64,000 nucleotides of DNA from an uncultured Verrucomicrobiae bacterium (lineage in GTDB: Bacteria; Verrucomicrobiota; Verrucomicrobiia; Chthoniobacterales; UBA10450): NCBI GenBank assembly GCA_963735805.1, contig CAVTMK010000002.1:448001-512000 (forward strand), in the 5' to 3' direction. Shown here in pieces: positions 10,351-20,458 of the stretch; within the stretch, counting starts at the first letter, position 1; each line of letters begins with the position of its first letter. The translations under genes and the position numbers were made by a program. Below the pieces are notes generated by a model that did not search any database, was not told the origin of the DNA, and was given only the letters and a program-made list of their open reading frames with translations.

Positions 10351-10788
10351 ATGCAAGTCAGCTCACCTGTTCCTCACAAGAAAGCGCGAATCGAGATCAT
10401 CCCGCTGATCGACATCATGTTCTTTCTGCTTGCCAGTTTCATGATGGTGAGCTTGAGCCAGGTGCACATGAAGGGCATTAAGGTGAACCTGCCCACTGGC
10501 AGCTCGGGCGAAACGCAAACGAAACGTGAATATATCAGCGTCTCGGTTGATAAAGATGGCCATTTTTTCTTCGACAAAAACGAAATGACAGACGCGGATA
10601 TGCAGGCGCGCCTGATACAAGTGCACCAGTCGGATCCTGAAGCAAAGGTGTTCGTCCGCGGCGATCGCGACACTGTTCACGGAAACATCGTTCATTTGCT
10701 CGACATGCTTCGATCGGCGGGATTCTATAAAATCTCATTCGAGATTAAGAGCGAAGCGCTAAAGGGGGTGCCGGGCGCGGGCACGTAA
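10351..10788 (+). CDS. exbD: Biopolymer transporter ExbD/TolR
   Basis: IIPLIDIMFFLLASFM transmembrane motif with conserved Asp; VFVRGD. Confidence 0.92.
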   Translation: MQVSSPVPHKKARIEIIPLIDIMFFLLASFMMVSLSQVHMKGIKVNLPTGSSGETQTKREYISVSVDKDGHFFFDKNEMTDADMQARLIQVHQSDPEAKVFVRGDRDTVHGNIVHLLDMLRSAGFYKISFEIKSEALKGVPGAGT

Positions 10789-10794
10789 TTGATT

Positions 10795-11436
10795 ATGGCG
10801 AAGGAAGCACGAGGACCACTGCTTTATCGGCCACCGCAAGCCTGGTATTTCTGGGGCGCTCTTGGCGCCGCAGTAGCGATTCATCTTACCGCTGTTGCGC
10901 TTGCGCAAAAACGGGAGGCCCCGGCTGAAGTTCCTCCGGACATACCGACAGCCGTTGTGGAGGCGACGCTGCAGGCTACTGAAGAACCGACACCGCCACC
11001 GGAAGACATCCCCTTGCCTGAACCACCCCCTCCGCCCGAAATCAAGCCGGAATACGTGGAAGAGACGACGCCTCCCCCGAAGAAGCCGCAGAACCAAAAA
11101 TTCACGCCTATCAAGGCGCCACAAGCTGCTGGTCGTCCCGGCACGCTGTCTATCTCTTCTGCGAAAGCTCTTGCCACCTACGCACCGCGCCCGCAGTACC
11201 CCTATGAGGCGCGCTCGCGACATGTTACGGGCAGCGGTGTGTGCGTCGTTGAGGTTGGCCCAAGTGGCAGCGTAAGCAGCGCTTCGATGGCGCAAAGCAT
11301 TGGAAATCCGATTTTGGACAACGCCGCCCTTAGCGCCTTTCGTCAATGGCGATTTAAGCCAGGATCGGTTTCAAAAGTTAAGATTCCCATCACATTTACG
11401 ATGACAGGCGCTCAGGTACTGAAAATCCGGATTTAA
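10795..11436 (+). CDS. tonB: Energy transducer TonB
   Basis: N-terminal TM with His (AVAIH), Pro-rich linker, C-terminal PQYPYEAR...LDNAALSAFRQWRFKP. Confidence 0.88.
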   Translation: MAKEARGPLLYRPPQAWYFWGALGAAVAIHLTAVALAQKREAPAEVPPDIPTAVVEATLQATEEPTPPPEDIPLPEPPPPPEIKPEYVEETTPPPKKPQNQKFTPIKAPQAAGRPGTLSISSAKALATYAPRPQYPYEARSRHVTGSGVCVVEVGPSGSVSSASMAQSIGNPILDNAALSAFRQWRFKPGSVSKVKIPITFTMTGAQVLKIRI

Positions 11437-11445
11437 AGTTCAACT

Positions 11446-11916
11446 ATGAGAGTCTCTTCACCTGTTCCGAAGAAGAGAGCACGCATCGAGATCATTCCTT
11501 TGATCGACATCATGTTCTTTCTGCTTGCCAGCTTCATGATGGTGAGTCTGAGCCAGACCCACATGAAAGGAATTCGGGTCAATCTGCCGGCTGCAGTTGC
11601 TCCACCCCCAAGCCAGGTAAAGGACTATGTGTCGATCAAGGTCCGTGAGGGCAATGTGGTTACTTTTGACAATCAAGTTGTGACTGATGATCAAGTGTTG
11701 CCGAGGCTCTTTGAACTTCACCGGGCAAATCCGGAGATTAAGGTCTCGATCAGTGCGGATTTGATGGCTATGCATGGTGACGTGATCGCTGTCCTGGATA
11801 AGGTGCGGTCCGCTGGAATTACCAAGGTTGGGTACCAGATTCGAGCGGCAGGTGCTCAGGCCGCTCCGCCTCCGGGAGCGCCGCCGCCGCCTCCTCCTCC
11901 CGCCCCGAAGCCCTAG
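11446..11916 (+). CDS. exbD: Second ExbD/TolR with poly-Pro tail
   Basis: N-terminal ~48 aa nearly identical to 10351-10788; ISAD motif. Confidence 0.9.
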   Translation: MRVSSPVPKKRARIEIIPLIDIMFFLLASFMMVSLSQTHMKGIRVNLPAAVAPPPSQVKDYVSIKVREGNVVTFDNQVVTDDQVLPRLFELHRANPEIKVSISADLMAMHGDVIAVLDKVRSAGITKVGYQIRAAGAQAAPPPGAPPPPPPPAPKP

Positions 11917-12521
11917 ACTTCGTCGCGGAGCGTGGGCAGTCGGGTCTTCAATTTGTGGAGCGCTTGTGCCCGATGACTGATACTGTCTTTCACTTTTCCG
12001 GGCAGTTCAGCAAAAGTTTCTTCGAATCCATCTGGAATAAAGATCGGGTCGTAGCCAAATCCGTGTGAGCCTCCAGCTACTTCGGCGATTTTGCCGTCTA
12101 CAATTCCTTCGACCGTCTCGACGACCTTGCCATCGCGTGCAACCGCCAGCACGCAACGAAATCGAGCGAAACGTTGATCGCCTTTCGCGTGAACTTTCGC
12201 GAGTTCGCTCAATAACTTGCTGATTTTCTCTTCGTCTGTCGCATTCGCGCCGCCGTAACGCGCCGAATGAATCCCGGGACCGCCACCAAGCGCATCAACT
12301 TCCAGTCCGGAATCATCCGCGATAATCAATCCGGGCAGTTTCCGCGAAACTGTGACCGCTTTCAAAATTGCATTTTCTTCGTATGAACTACCACTTTCAT
12401 CTATCTCAGCGACTTCATCGCTGTTGGAGAGACCGCGAATCCTGAACTTCGGACCGAGAATTCGCTCGATCTCATGGAGCTTGTGCGCATTGCGCGTAGC
12501 GAGAATCAATTGCATACGCAT
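11913..12521 (-). CDS. rdgB: RdgB/HAM1 non-canonical purine NTP pyrophosphatase
   Basis: ATRNAHK, ADDSGLEVDALGGGPGIHSARY, GFGYDPIF and ISHRA motifs. Confidence 0.95.
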   Translation of the reverse strand: MRMQLILATRNAHKLHEIERILGPKFRIRGLSNSDEVAEIDESGSSYEENAILKAVTVSRKLPGLIIADDSGLEVDALGGGPGIHSARYGGANATDEEKISKLLSELAKVHAKGDQRFARFRCVLAVARDGKVVETVEGIVDGKIAEVAGGSHGFGYDPIFIPDGFEETFAELPGKVKDSISHRAQALHKLKTRLPTLRDEV

Positions 12522-12574
12522 TCGACACGATTCAGGATAAACGACTAATCAACATTTAGATTTGCCATTAGACT

Positions 12575-15124
12575 GTGAACGAACGCCGCAAACCGTATCC
12601 ATTCGACCAATTCGAACCAAAATGGCAAGCCATCTGGGAAGACCGGCAGTTTTTTCACGCCGCCAATCCCGATGAAAAGGGTTTCGATCCCGCGAAGCCG
12701 AAATTTTACGTCCTCGACATGTTTCCGTATCCGAGCGGCGCTGGCCTGCATGTCGGCCATCCCGAAGGTTATACCGCCACTGACATCATCGCTCGTTACA
12801 AACGCTTGTGCGGATTCAACGTCTTGCATCCGATGGGTTGGGACGCATTCGGTCTTCCAGCGGAGCAATACGCGATCAAAAGCGGCCAGCACCCGGCAAT
12901 CACCACGCGCGAAAACGTAGCGAAATTCAAGAAACAGCTTAAGCGAATTGGGTTCTCGTATGACTGGCAGCGCGAAATCAACACGACCGATCCAGGTTAT
13001 TACAAATGGACGCAGTGGATTTTTCTCCAGATTTACAATTCCTGGTTCAATCCCACCACAAATAAAGCGGAACCTATTTCGACATATCGCGGCAAGAATC
13101 CGGACGAAGTTCGTCTTGCGTACGTTGCTAGCGTGCCAGTGAATTGGTGCCCGGAACTGGGCACTGTTTTGGCCAACGAAGAAGTCGTTGATGGAAAAAG
13201 CGAAGTTGGCGGGTTCCCTGTTGTGCGTCGCCCCATGCGTCAATGGACGTTGCGAATTACCGCGTACGCAGAGCGACTGTTGAATGAACTGGACGGATTG
13301 GATTGGCCTGAAGGAATCAAGTTGCTCCAGCGAAACTGGATTGGAAAAAGCGAAGGCGCAGAGATCGATTTCAAGATCGAAAACAGCGACGAAAAGGTCC
13401 GAGTTTTCACGACACGCCCCGATACACTTTACGGCGGAACATTTTTGGTGGTCGCACCTGAACATTCGCTTGTCGATCTAATTGTCACCGAGGAGCAATG
13501 GCCTGCGGTCCGTGATTATCGCGAACGGACCGCGCGTAAAAGCGATCTGGAACGCGCCGATCTCTCAAAAGATAAAACCGGCATCTTCACTGGTGCGTAC
13601 GCGATCAATCCTGCGACCAGCCAAAAGATTCCAATCTGGATCGCTGATTATGTGCTGATTGGTTACGGGACCGGCGCGATCGGTGGCGTGCCCGCGCACG
13701 ACGAACGCGATTTGGAATTCGCGAAAAAGTTCGATCTGCCAGTTGTGGTAGTCGTTCAGCCAACGGGAGATGAACCTGCATTTGGTTTCACTGGTGAGGG
13801 CATTGCCATCAATTCTCCAGTCATCAACGGCCTAACAAGCGCAGAAGCAAAGAAAAAAATCACAGCCTGGCTGGGGGAGCGCGGTCAGGGAAAACGCGCG
13901 ATCAATTACAAATTGCGCGACTGGCTTTTTTCACGGCAACGTTACTGGGGCGAACCATTCCCGATTATCTGGGAAGATGGAAATCATCGTTCGTTGGGCG
14001 AGGCCGAACTGCCAGTCGTGCCGCCGCCGCTGGAAGATTACAAGCCCACTGGAACCGGGGAACCACCTCTTTCAAAGGCGAAAGATTGGATTCGTTATTC
14101 ACAAAAAGCGACACGCGAAACCAATGTCATGCCGCAATGGGCCGGCTCGTGTTGGTACTACTTGCGATTCTGCGATCCGCACAACGATCGGCGTTTCGTA
14201 GGCGAAGAGCCCGAGCGCTACTGGATGGGAAGCAAAAAATCCGGTGGTGTCGATTTGTACGTTGGCGGCACCGAGCATGCTGTCCTGCACCTGCTTTATG
14301 CACGCTTCTGGCAAAAGGTATTGTTCGATCTCGGTTATGTTTCGAAGCCGGAGCCGTTTCAGCGGCTGGTCAATCAGGGGGTAATTCTTGGTGAAGATAA
14401 TCAGAAAATGTCGAAATCGCGCGGCAATATCGTTAATCCCGACGACGTAATTGATCAGTACGGCGCCGACGCCTTTCGCTGTTACGAGATGTTTATGGGT
14501 CCCCTGGAGCAAATGAAACCCTGGAGCATGCGCGGCGTGGAAGGTGTGTCGCGTTTTCTCGCGCGTGTCTGGCGTTTGTTGATGACCGAGAACCAGGCAG
14601 GCGAGTGGGAATTGTCGGCGAAAATCAAGGAGATCGACGCAGACAAGTCACAGCAGAAGGTAACCCATGCAACCATCAAGAAAGTCACTGGGGACATCGA
14701 GTCATTCTCGTTTAACACGGCAATTTCTCAGATGATGATTTTCGTAAATGCGTTCACTGGTGCCGAAGCCATTCCGTTGTCATCGATGCGCGGCTTTTTG
14801 GTTCTGCTCTGCCCGTTCGCGCCGCATATTGCCTCCGAGTTATGGGAAAATTTGAACGCGAGGTTTACCGACGTACGCGGCGATATCGCCGGACAGCATT
14901 GGCCCAGCTATAATGAGCGGCTCCTTGTCGAGGATGAAGTGGAAATCGTCCTTCAAATTAACGGAAAGCTGCGTGATCGAATGAAGATGTCGATTCTTGC
15001 AACCGAGGAAGAAATGAAAACTGCCGCGTTGTCGAATCCGAAGATCCAAGAACGCATTGCTCGAAAAACTGTCCGCAAGCTGGTCACGGTTCCGAAAAAG
15101 CTTGTAAATATTGTCGTCGATTAG
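12575..15124 (+). CDS. leuS: Leucine--tRNA ligase
   Basis: [14 protein letters not shown] (HIGH), FTTRPDT editing domain, [16 protein letters not shown]. Confidence 0.98.
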   Translation: MNERRKPYPFDQFEPKWQAIWEDRQFFHAANPDEKGFDPAKPKFYVLDMFPYPSGAGLHVGHPEGYTATDIIARYKRLCGFNVLHPMGWDAFGLPAEQYAIKSGQHPAITTRENVAKFKKQLKRIGFSYDWQREINTTDPGYYKWTQWIFLQIYNSWFNPTTNKAEPISTYRGKNPDEVRLAYVASVPVNWCPELGTVLANEEVVDGKSEVGGFPVVRRPMRQWTLRITAYAERLLNELDGLDWPEGIKLLQRNWIGKSEGAEIDFKIENSDEKVRVFTTRPDTLYGGTFLVVAPEHSLVDLIVTEEQWPAVRDYRERTARKSDLERADLSKDKTGIFTGAYAINPATSQKIPIWIADYVLIGYGTGAIGGVPAHDERDLEFAKKFDLPVVVVVQPTGDEPAFGFTGEGIAINSPVINGLTSAEAKKKITAWLGERGQGKRAINYKLRDWLFSRQRYWGEPFPIIWEDGNHRSLGEAELPVVPPPLEDYKPTGTGEPPLSKAKDWIRYSQKATRETNVMPQWAGSCWYYLRFCDPHNDRRFVGEEPERYWMGSKKSGGVDLYVGGTEHAVLHLLYARFWQKVLFDLGYVSKPEPFQRLVNQGVILGEDNQKMSKSRGNIVNPDDVIDQYGADAFRCYEMFMGPLEQMKPWSMRGVEGVSRFLARVWRLLMTENQAGEWELSAKIKEIDADKSQQKVTHATIKKVTGDIESFSFNTAISQMMIFVNAFTGAEAIPLSSMRGFLVLLCPFAPHIASELWENLNARFTDVRGDIAGQHWPSYNERLLVEDEVEIVLQINGKLRDRMKMSILATEEEMKTAALSNPKIQERIARKTVRKLVTVPKKLVNIVVD

Positions 15125-15138
15125 TTGGATGAAAGGGC

Positions 15139-15597
15139 ATGTGGAAGGAATTTAAGGAGTTCGCGGTTAAAGGGAATGCCGTCGATCTCGCGGTGGGGGT
15201 GATTATCGGCGCGGCCTTTGGCGGAATTATTAATTCACTCGTCAAAGACATTCTCATGCCGCCGGTCGGGTTGCTTACCGGTGGCCTCGATTTCTCAAAC
15301 AACTTTCTCATCCTTAAGAACGCACCCAGCGGGGGCTCCTTTCATACTCCCGCCGATGCCGCCAAGGCAGGGGCAGTGACTTGGAACTATGGAAATTTTA
15401 TTACTCTCGTGATCAATTTCATCATCGTCGCCGTCTGTATTTTTCTGGTGGTTAAAGCGATGAACAAGTTGAAAAGGCCGTCGCCAACTGCCGCGCCGGT
15501 TTCGAAGGAATGCCCGGCTTGCGCAATGACGATCCCGATCAAGGCGACACGTTGTCCGCATTGCACTAGTGAACTCTCGCAGTCTGCCGCACGTTAG
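15139..15597 (+). CDS. mscL: Large-conductance mechanosensitive channel with C-terminal CxxC-CxxC ribbon
   Basis: [31 protein letters not shown]; tail CPAC...CPHC. Confidence 0.95.
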   Translation: MWKEFKEFAVKGNAVDLAVGVIIGAAFGGIINSLVKDILMPPVGLLTGGLDFSNNFLILKNAPSGGSFHTPADAAKAGAVTWNYGNFITLVINFIIVAVCIFLVVKAMNKLKRPSPTAAPVSKECPACAMTIPIKATRCPHCTSELSQSAAR

Positions 15598-15706
15598 GTG
15601 TAGTTGGCATCGAGGGTACCTCTTTAAAGTCTGCTGTTCCCGCCCTAGGGAAATTTTGTAAATTATTGCTTGCCCTTGGCGGCCTCGGCTGTTATGGAGA
15701 CCGCCA

Positions 15707-16228
15707 ATGCCAAACCGCCTTAACCTTGCGGTGGCAGCAGCTGGCGCCTGTTTAATTGTTGGCTGTGCCACACAAACAAATCCAAATCTTAGTGGCGGAC
15801 GGCGCATACCAAACGTGCGCACTACCGCTTATACCCATACTGAGGGCAGCGGATGCCACAATGCAATCGGTTCTCGCCTCGCCGGGAGCAAAGTAATGAG
15901 CGCTGCGTCTGATTGGTCGCGTTATCCGCTCGGCACCCGGTTTCGCATCTCTGCGACGAACGAGGAATACATTATCGACGATTACGGATGGGCGCTGGTT
16001 GGGACTGATACAATCGACTTATATAAGCCTAGCCGACTGGAAATGAAGCGCTGGGGCGTTCGCCGCGTGGACATTGAGATCCTGGAGTGGGGATCGGACG
16101 AACAAAGTCTCAAAGTGCTCGGGCCGCGTTGCAAACATCGCCGAGTCCAGCAGATGGTAACAGCTCTTGAGAAAAAAAAGGGGAAAACAACAGTCGCGCA
16201 AACTTCCCCCCCTCGCAGCTCACTTTGA
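15707..16228 (+). CDS. 3D-domain lipoprotein (MltA-like DPBB peptidoglycan-related fold)
   Basis: Lipobox LIVGC; TTAY, SAASDWSRYPLGT, DDYG, TIDLY. Confidence 0.8.
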   Translation: MPNRLNLAVAAAGACLIVGCATQTNPNLSGGRRIPNVRTTAYTHTEGSGCHNAIGSRLAGSKVMSAASDWSRYPLGTRFRISATNEEYIIDDYGWALVGTDTIDLYKPSRLEMKRWGVRRVDIEILEWGSDEQSLKVLGPRCKHRRVQQMVTALEKKKGKTTVAQTSPPRSSL

Positions 16229-16261
16229 TTTAAGGCCAATCGCGCCGCATTTTCCCGGTGC

Positions 16262-17233
16262 ATGAGAATTTTTGTTGTCGGCGGCGCAGGCTACATCGGA
16301 AGCGTTTGCGCCGAACTGTTATTAAATGAGGGCCACGAAGTTTCCGTCTTCGATAATCTTACGGAAGGCCACCGGCGCGCCGTCGATCCACGCGCTAACT
16401 TGATTCAAGGCGAACTGACCGATCGTGCGCAGATCCAGGCTGCGCTTTCCGGTGACCGCCCGGACGCCGTCATGCATTTCGCGGCAAATGCGCTCGTCAG
16501 TGAATCAATGCGGGATCCATCAAAGTATTTCCGAAACAATATTTGCAACGGTTTGAACCTGCTCGATTCGATGGTGGCGGCGCGCGTCCAGCGACTCGTT
16601 TTTTCCTCGACATGCGCGATTTTCGGGCTGCCCGAGCAGCTGCCAATCGAGGAAACGACGCCGGCGCGTCCAATCAATCCATACGGCGAGTCGAAACTCG
16701 CTTTCGAAAAAGTCCTGCACTGGTACGATCGAATCCATGGATTAAAGTTCGTCTCATTGCGTTACTTTAACGCAGCCGGCGCCACGGAGAACTTCGGTGA
16801 AGATCATCGGCAGGAGACACATTTGATTCCCAACGTGCTCAAGGTTGCGCTGGACCAAAAACCGAACGTTGAAGTTTACGGTACTGATTACGAGACGCCC
16901 GATGGAACATGTATTCGCGACTACATACACATTGTGGATTTGGCGCGGGCACATATCCTGGCGCTTGGGGCCGTGGACAGCGCATTTTACAATCTCGGTA
17001 CGGGAGGCGGTTCGAGTGTCCGCGAAGTAATTGCAGCGTGCGCGAAAATCGCCGGGCGAAAGATCGCCACAATTGAAAAGCCGCGGCGGCCAGGCGATCC
17101 ACCCCGGCTCATCGCGTCTTCGGAAAAGATCAAGCGAGAGCTCGGTTGGAGACCGCAGTTCCAGTCACTGGAGACGATCATCGAGAGCGCTTGGAAATGG
17201 CACGAGAAATTTCCGCGCGGCTACGAGGATTAA
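16262..17233 (+). CDS. galE: UDP-glucose 4-epimerase
   Basis: GGAGYIGS, FSSTCA, PYGESK, RYFNAAGA, DGTCIRDYIH. Confidence 0.95.
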   Translation: MRIFVVGGAGYIGSVCAELLLNEGHEVSVFDNLTEGHRRAVDPRANLIQGELTDRAQIQAALSGDRPDAVMHFAANALVSESMRDPSKYFRNNICNGLNLLDSMVAARVQRLVFSSTCAIFGLPEQLPIEETTPARPINPYGESKLAFEKVLHWYDRIHGLKFVSLRYFNAAGATENFGEDHRQETHLIPNVLKVALDQKPNVEVYGTDYETPDGTCIRDYIHIVDLARAHILALGAVDSAFYNLGTGGGSSVREVIAACAKIAGRKIATIEKPRRPGDPPRLIASSEKIKRELGWRPQFQSLETIIESAWKWHEKFPRGYED

Positions 17234-18222
17234 GGACTAAAAAATTCCGGATCCTGCTGCAAGCCGCGATTAACCAACTTGGAATCGGCGTGCAAGGCTT
17301 CGGTTAGAGCAGCCTGAACGACTGCAGTCTCCAGGTCATTAACGTTGCCGCTTCGCGCACGAAGCACTTCAACATTCTCGTTCCTGGGCGCCCAGACGTT
17401 GGGATTAGTCGGACCAAACAGCAAAATGCAATTTGCGCCCGCGGCCGCGGCCACGTGCGAGATTCCGCTGTCGTGCCCAATGAAGATTGAGTGCTCGAGC
17501 GCCCCGGCTAGATGAGACAGCGGCAAATTTTTTGCGAAACGGATCTCCTGGTTCTTCCAAGTGTGTTCCAAGTGCGCAGATTGCTCTTTGTCTGCTTCGC
17601 CTGAAACGACGAATAGAGAAGGACGTTTTTCGATGTGCCAATGTTCTGTTGAGAATAGCTCGATCCAATTTTGCAGCGGCCAGTTCTTTTCCTTGCTGCC
17701 GCTTCCGGGATGAATAGCGATTAACGGTTGTGATGAATCCTTGAGAAATTTCCGGGCGAACTCACGATCTTCTTCGGAGAGGAAAATTTTTTCAGAAAGA
17801 TCGACAACTCTAATTCCGAGTTCTTCGATGGGTCGCGCAAGCTGTCGCGCGGCATGGCCGCCCGTTTCGACGATCTTGGCGGGCCCGCGAACAAGGTTTT
17901 CGACGCCACACCGGCGAAGATTGCTTTCGAAGATTCGATCCGGATCATACAGGTAACTGATGATCAAATCGAAACTCGCGAAGTAACCTGCCAGTTCTGC
18001 GGACAGTTCCGAGTTTGCAGCGAAGAAGCCCGAGAGCGGTCCGTATTCGATGGAGCGAACAGCTTGTGCGTAGAAGCGGTTTTCAGCGACTGCTGCGATG
18101 TGCTTGTAACCAAGAATCTCGATGTGCGCATCAGGATAGGCCTCACGGAGCGCTTTAAGCGTTGGCAGGGTCAGAATAAAATCGCCAATCGCGCCGCCGC
18201 GGATTACCAGAATGCGATTCAT
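17230..18222 (-). CDS. Glycosyltransferase family 9 (heptosyltransferase-like)
   Basis: RGGAIGDFIL, IHPGSGSKEKNWP, GHDSGISHVAAA, LFGPT; start at MNRILVIR. Confidence 0.9.
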   Translation of the reverse strand: MNRILVIRGGAIGDFILTLPTLKALREAYPDAHIEILGYKHIAAVAENRFYAQAVRSIEYGPLSGFFAANSELSAELAGYFASFDLIISYLYDPDRIFESNLRRCGVENLVRGPAKIVETGGHAARQLARPIEELGIRVVDLSEKIFLSEEDREFARKFLKDSSQPLIAIHPGSGSKEKNWPLQNWIELFSTEHWHIEKRPSLFVVSGEADKEQSAHLEHTWKNQEIRFAKNLPLSHLAGALEHSIFIGHDSGISHVAAAAGANCILLFGPTNPNVWAPRNENVEVLRARSGNVNDLETAVVQAALTEALHADSKLVNRGLQQDPEFFSP

Positions 18223-18305
18223 ACCTTCAGCCGCCGCCCAATGGCCGTTTAGAAGAGCCAGCGTTGGCTGGTCCACAGATCGATCGGTACCAACCAAACC
18301 TTGGT

Positions 18306-18854
18306 TTAATAGCGTCTAAAGGCGAATGTGAGAATCACGCAGCCATAGATCAGCGCGATCGCGTGCATAAAGCGCCAACGAAAGACGCTGCGGGTGCTCC
18401 AATTAATTTGATCGCGCAGCACATATGGAATGGCCACCCAGAACAGGCCGGCCAGAATCAACAAATACGCGAGTACTGTTACGAGTAACCGACTTGGCTC
18501 ATAGCGCAAAAACGCCGCATCGAGCAGCGGCTCCGCGGCGAGCAGACAAAGAATCCCAAGGGCACGCACTGCGAGAAATTCTCCAACGAAACGCAAGACA
18601 AGTCCGTAACCGATGGGCAACGCAATCAACAGGGGGCGCCGGAACGCCGAGAATTCACCCATCTGAATGGTGAAGAGCAGCCAGAACGTCCAGACGAGAC
18701 AAATAGTTAGCAGGAATACCCCGGCCAAATGAGAGCGTGGAAATTTTTGCGCAACACTGGCAAGGTTCGGTTTCATCAAACCGGGTAGACTGATCAAGAC
18801 GAGAAATACGCCTGCGATGATGCCAGCGGATTGTAAAGAGAGATGGTAAATCAC
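18306..18854 (-). CDS. Hypothetical integral membrane protein
   Basis: 182 aa with about six hydrophobic segments, co-oriented with its neighbours. Confidence 0.75.
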   Translation of the reverse strand: MIYHLSLQSAGIIAGVFLVLISLPGLMKPNLASVAQKFPRSHLAGVFLLTICLVWTFWLLFTIQMGEFSAFRRPLLIALPIGYGLVLRFVGEFLAVRALGILCLLAAEPLLDAAFLRYEPSRLLVTVLAYLLILAGLFWVAIPYVLRDQINWSTRSVFRWRFMHAIALIYGCVILTFAFRRY

Positions 18855-18873
18855 TGATAGCGAAAGTGGGCCC

Positions 18874-18913
18874 CGTCGGATTCGTCCGACGGCGGCGAAT
18901 TTTCAACTCGCCG
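18874..18913. repeat. Two adjacent intergenic hairpins (REP-like or terminator-like)
   Basis: CCGTCGGA-TTCG-TCCGACGG perfect stem, then GCGGCGA...TCGCCGC. Confidence 0.4.
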
Positions 18914-18928
18914 CTCGGCGGATGCAAC

Positions 18929-20365
18929 TTAAAAAGTGGCTGGGTTTTTCAGGATTGGCGCCCCGTACAAGCTAAATCCGTTGGCCCGCTCGATTCGGAC
19001 GTCCACAAGCTCTCCAACCAGTTCTCCGTGGTCTTCATCCATCCGCCGCGGCCAAGGCGAAGGCGGAAACACGACAATCTTGTTTGTACGTGTTCGACCC
19101 ATCAACCGCGTTGGATTGGTTTTGCTCGGACCTTGGCAAAGAACTTGAACGTTGCGGCCCACCAACCGCTCGCCTGACCGGCGGGCCGCTTCGTTGACAA
19201 CGGCGAGCAAATCCCTATTTCGCTCTTCTTTGATGTGTTCATCGATTTGATCCGGCATTTCCGCGGCTGGCGTGTGACGGCGCTGCGAATATCGGAAGAC
19301 GAACGCGTTATCAAATTGGAGTTCTTCAACCAAATCGCGCGTCTGTTTATAATCCTCTTCGGTCTCACCTGGAAATCCCACGATGATATCGGTGGTGATC
19401 GCGATGTCCTCGCGTGCATACCGGACGCGGCGAACAAGATCGACATATTTCTCCACTGTGTAGGCCCGGTGCATCGCTTTGAGAATTCTGTTGGAGCCAG
19501 ACTGCAGAGGGAGATGAACGTGTTCAGCCAGCTTTGGCAAACGGGAAATCGCGTCGATCAAATCATCGCGGAAACCGATGGGGTGGGGAGATGTAAACCG
19601 GAGACGTTCAAGGCCTTCAATCTCATTAATTGCTTCCAGCAATTGCACAAAGGGACTTTTGCCATCGCGTTTGGGAAACTCGTGGCGGCCGTACAGATTT
19701 ACGATTTGCCCGAGCAGGGTCACTTCTTTCACACCATTCGCGACCAGGTCGCGCACCTCCCTTACGATGTCCTCTATATAACGGCTTCTTTCTGCGCCGC
19801 GCGTCTGCGGGACGATGCAAAAGGTGCAATGCATGTTGCATCCCTGCATAATGGACACGAACGCAATGACCTGCCTGGGCGCCAGCTCTTGATCGCGAAT
19901 CGTCGATTGCGAGCCTGGCTCCTCCGCAATATCAACGATCGAAGCCTGAAGGTCGTCTATCGCGCGATTCGAGAGATAGTGGGACGCCACCGTTGGCCGC
20001 GCCGCCTTTCGCGCGACCAATTCTTCCACGTAATCAGCTACGTGATGGAATTTCTGCGTACCAACGACCAGATCAACGTGAGGCAAATTCGTTAACAAAG
20101 ACTCGCCTCGCGCCTGGGCCATGCAGCCAAGGAAACCGAAAACCATATGCGGCCGCTCTTTTGCCAGCCGGCCCATCATTCCCATTTTGCCAAGCGCCTT
20201 TTGGTCAGCCATGTCGCGTACGCTGCATGTATTTAATAGCACGACGTCAGCTTCTCTTTCGTTGGCGACCCGCTCGTAGCCACGTGCGATGAGCGAATGG
20301 GCCACCTGCTCCGAGTCGCGCTCGTTCATCTGGCAGCCGTAAGTCTTAATGAAAAATTTCGGCAT
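18929..20365 (-). CDS. miaB: tRNA-2-methylthio-N6-dimethylallyladenosine synthase
   Basis: TYGCQMNERDSE, NTCSVR, radical-SAM CNMHCTFC, C-terminal TRAM domain. Confidence 0.97.
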   Translation of the reverse strand: MPKFFIKTYGCQMNERDSEQVAHSLIARGYERVANEREADVVLLNTCSVRDMADQKALGKMGMMGRLAKERPHMVFGFLGCMAQARGESLLTNLPHVDLVVGTQKFHHVADYVEELVARKAARPTVASHYLSNRAIDDLQASIVDIAEEPGSQSTIRDQELAPRQVIAFVSIMQGCNMHCTFCIVPQTRGAERSRYIEDIVREVRDLVANGVKEVTLLGQIVNLYGRHEFPKRDGKSPFVQLLEAINEIEGLERLRFTSPHPIGFRDDLIDAISRLPKLAEHVHLPLQSGSNRILKAMHRAYTVEKYVDLVRRVRYAREDIAITTDIIVGFPGETEEDYKQTRDLVEELQFDNAFVFRYSQRRHTPAAEMPDQIDEHIKEERNRDLLAVVNEAARRSGERLVGRNVQVLCQGPSKTNPTRLMGRTRTNKIVVFPPSPWPRRMDEDHGELVGELVDVRIERANGFSLYGAPILKNPATF

Positions 20366-20458
20366 TGAACGGGCGAAAACAATACACGCTCAAGCCAGGT
20401 GTGCCACGCAGAGATTATCCGCTTTTCATCACCGAGATTTTTCGGGTTAAATCCCGAC

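Noticed and set aside
11405..11436. Possible 1-nt frameshift at the tonB 3' end (GAQY* versus GAQVLKIRI)
   Set aside because: It would alter only a few terminal residues and cannot be verified without reads
12545..13465. Long antisense ORFs (306 aa opposite leuS; also opposite miaB, nrdJ and the tricorn gene)
   Set aside because: Shadow frames of conserved genes, with no motifs of their own
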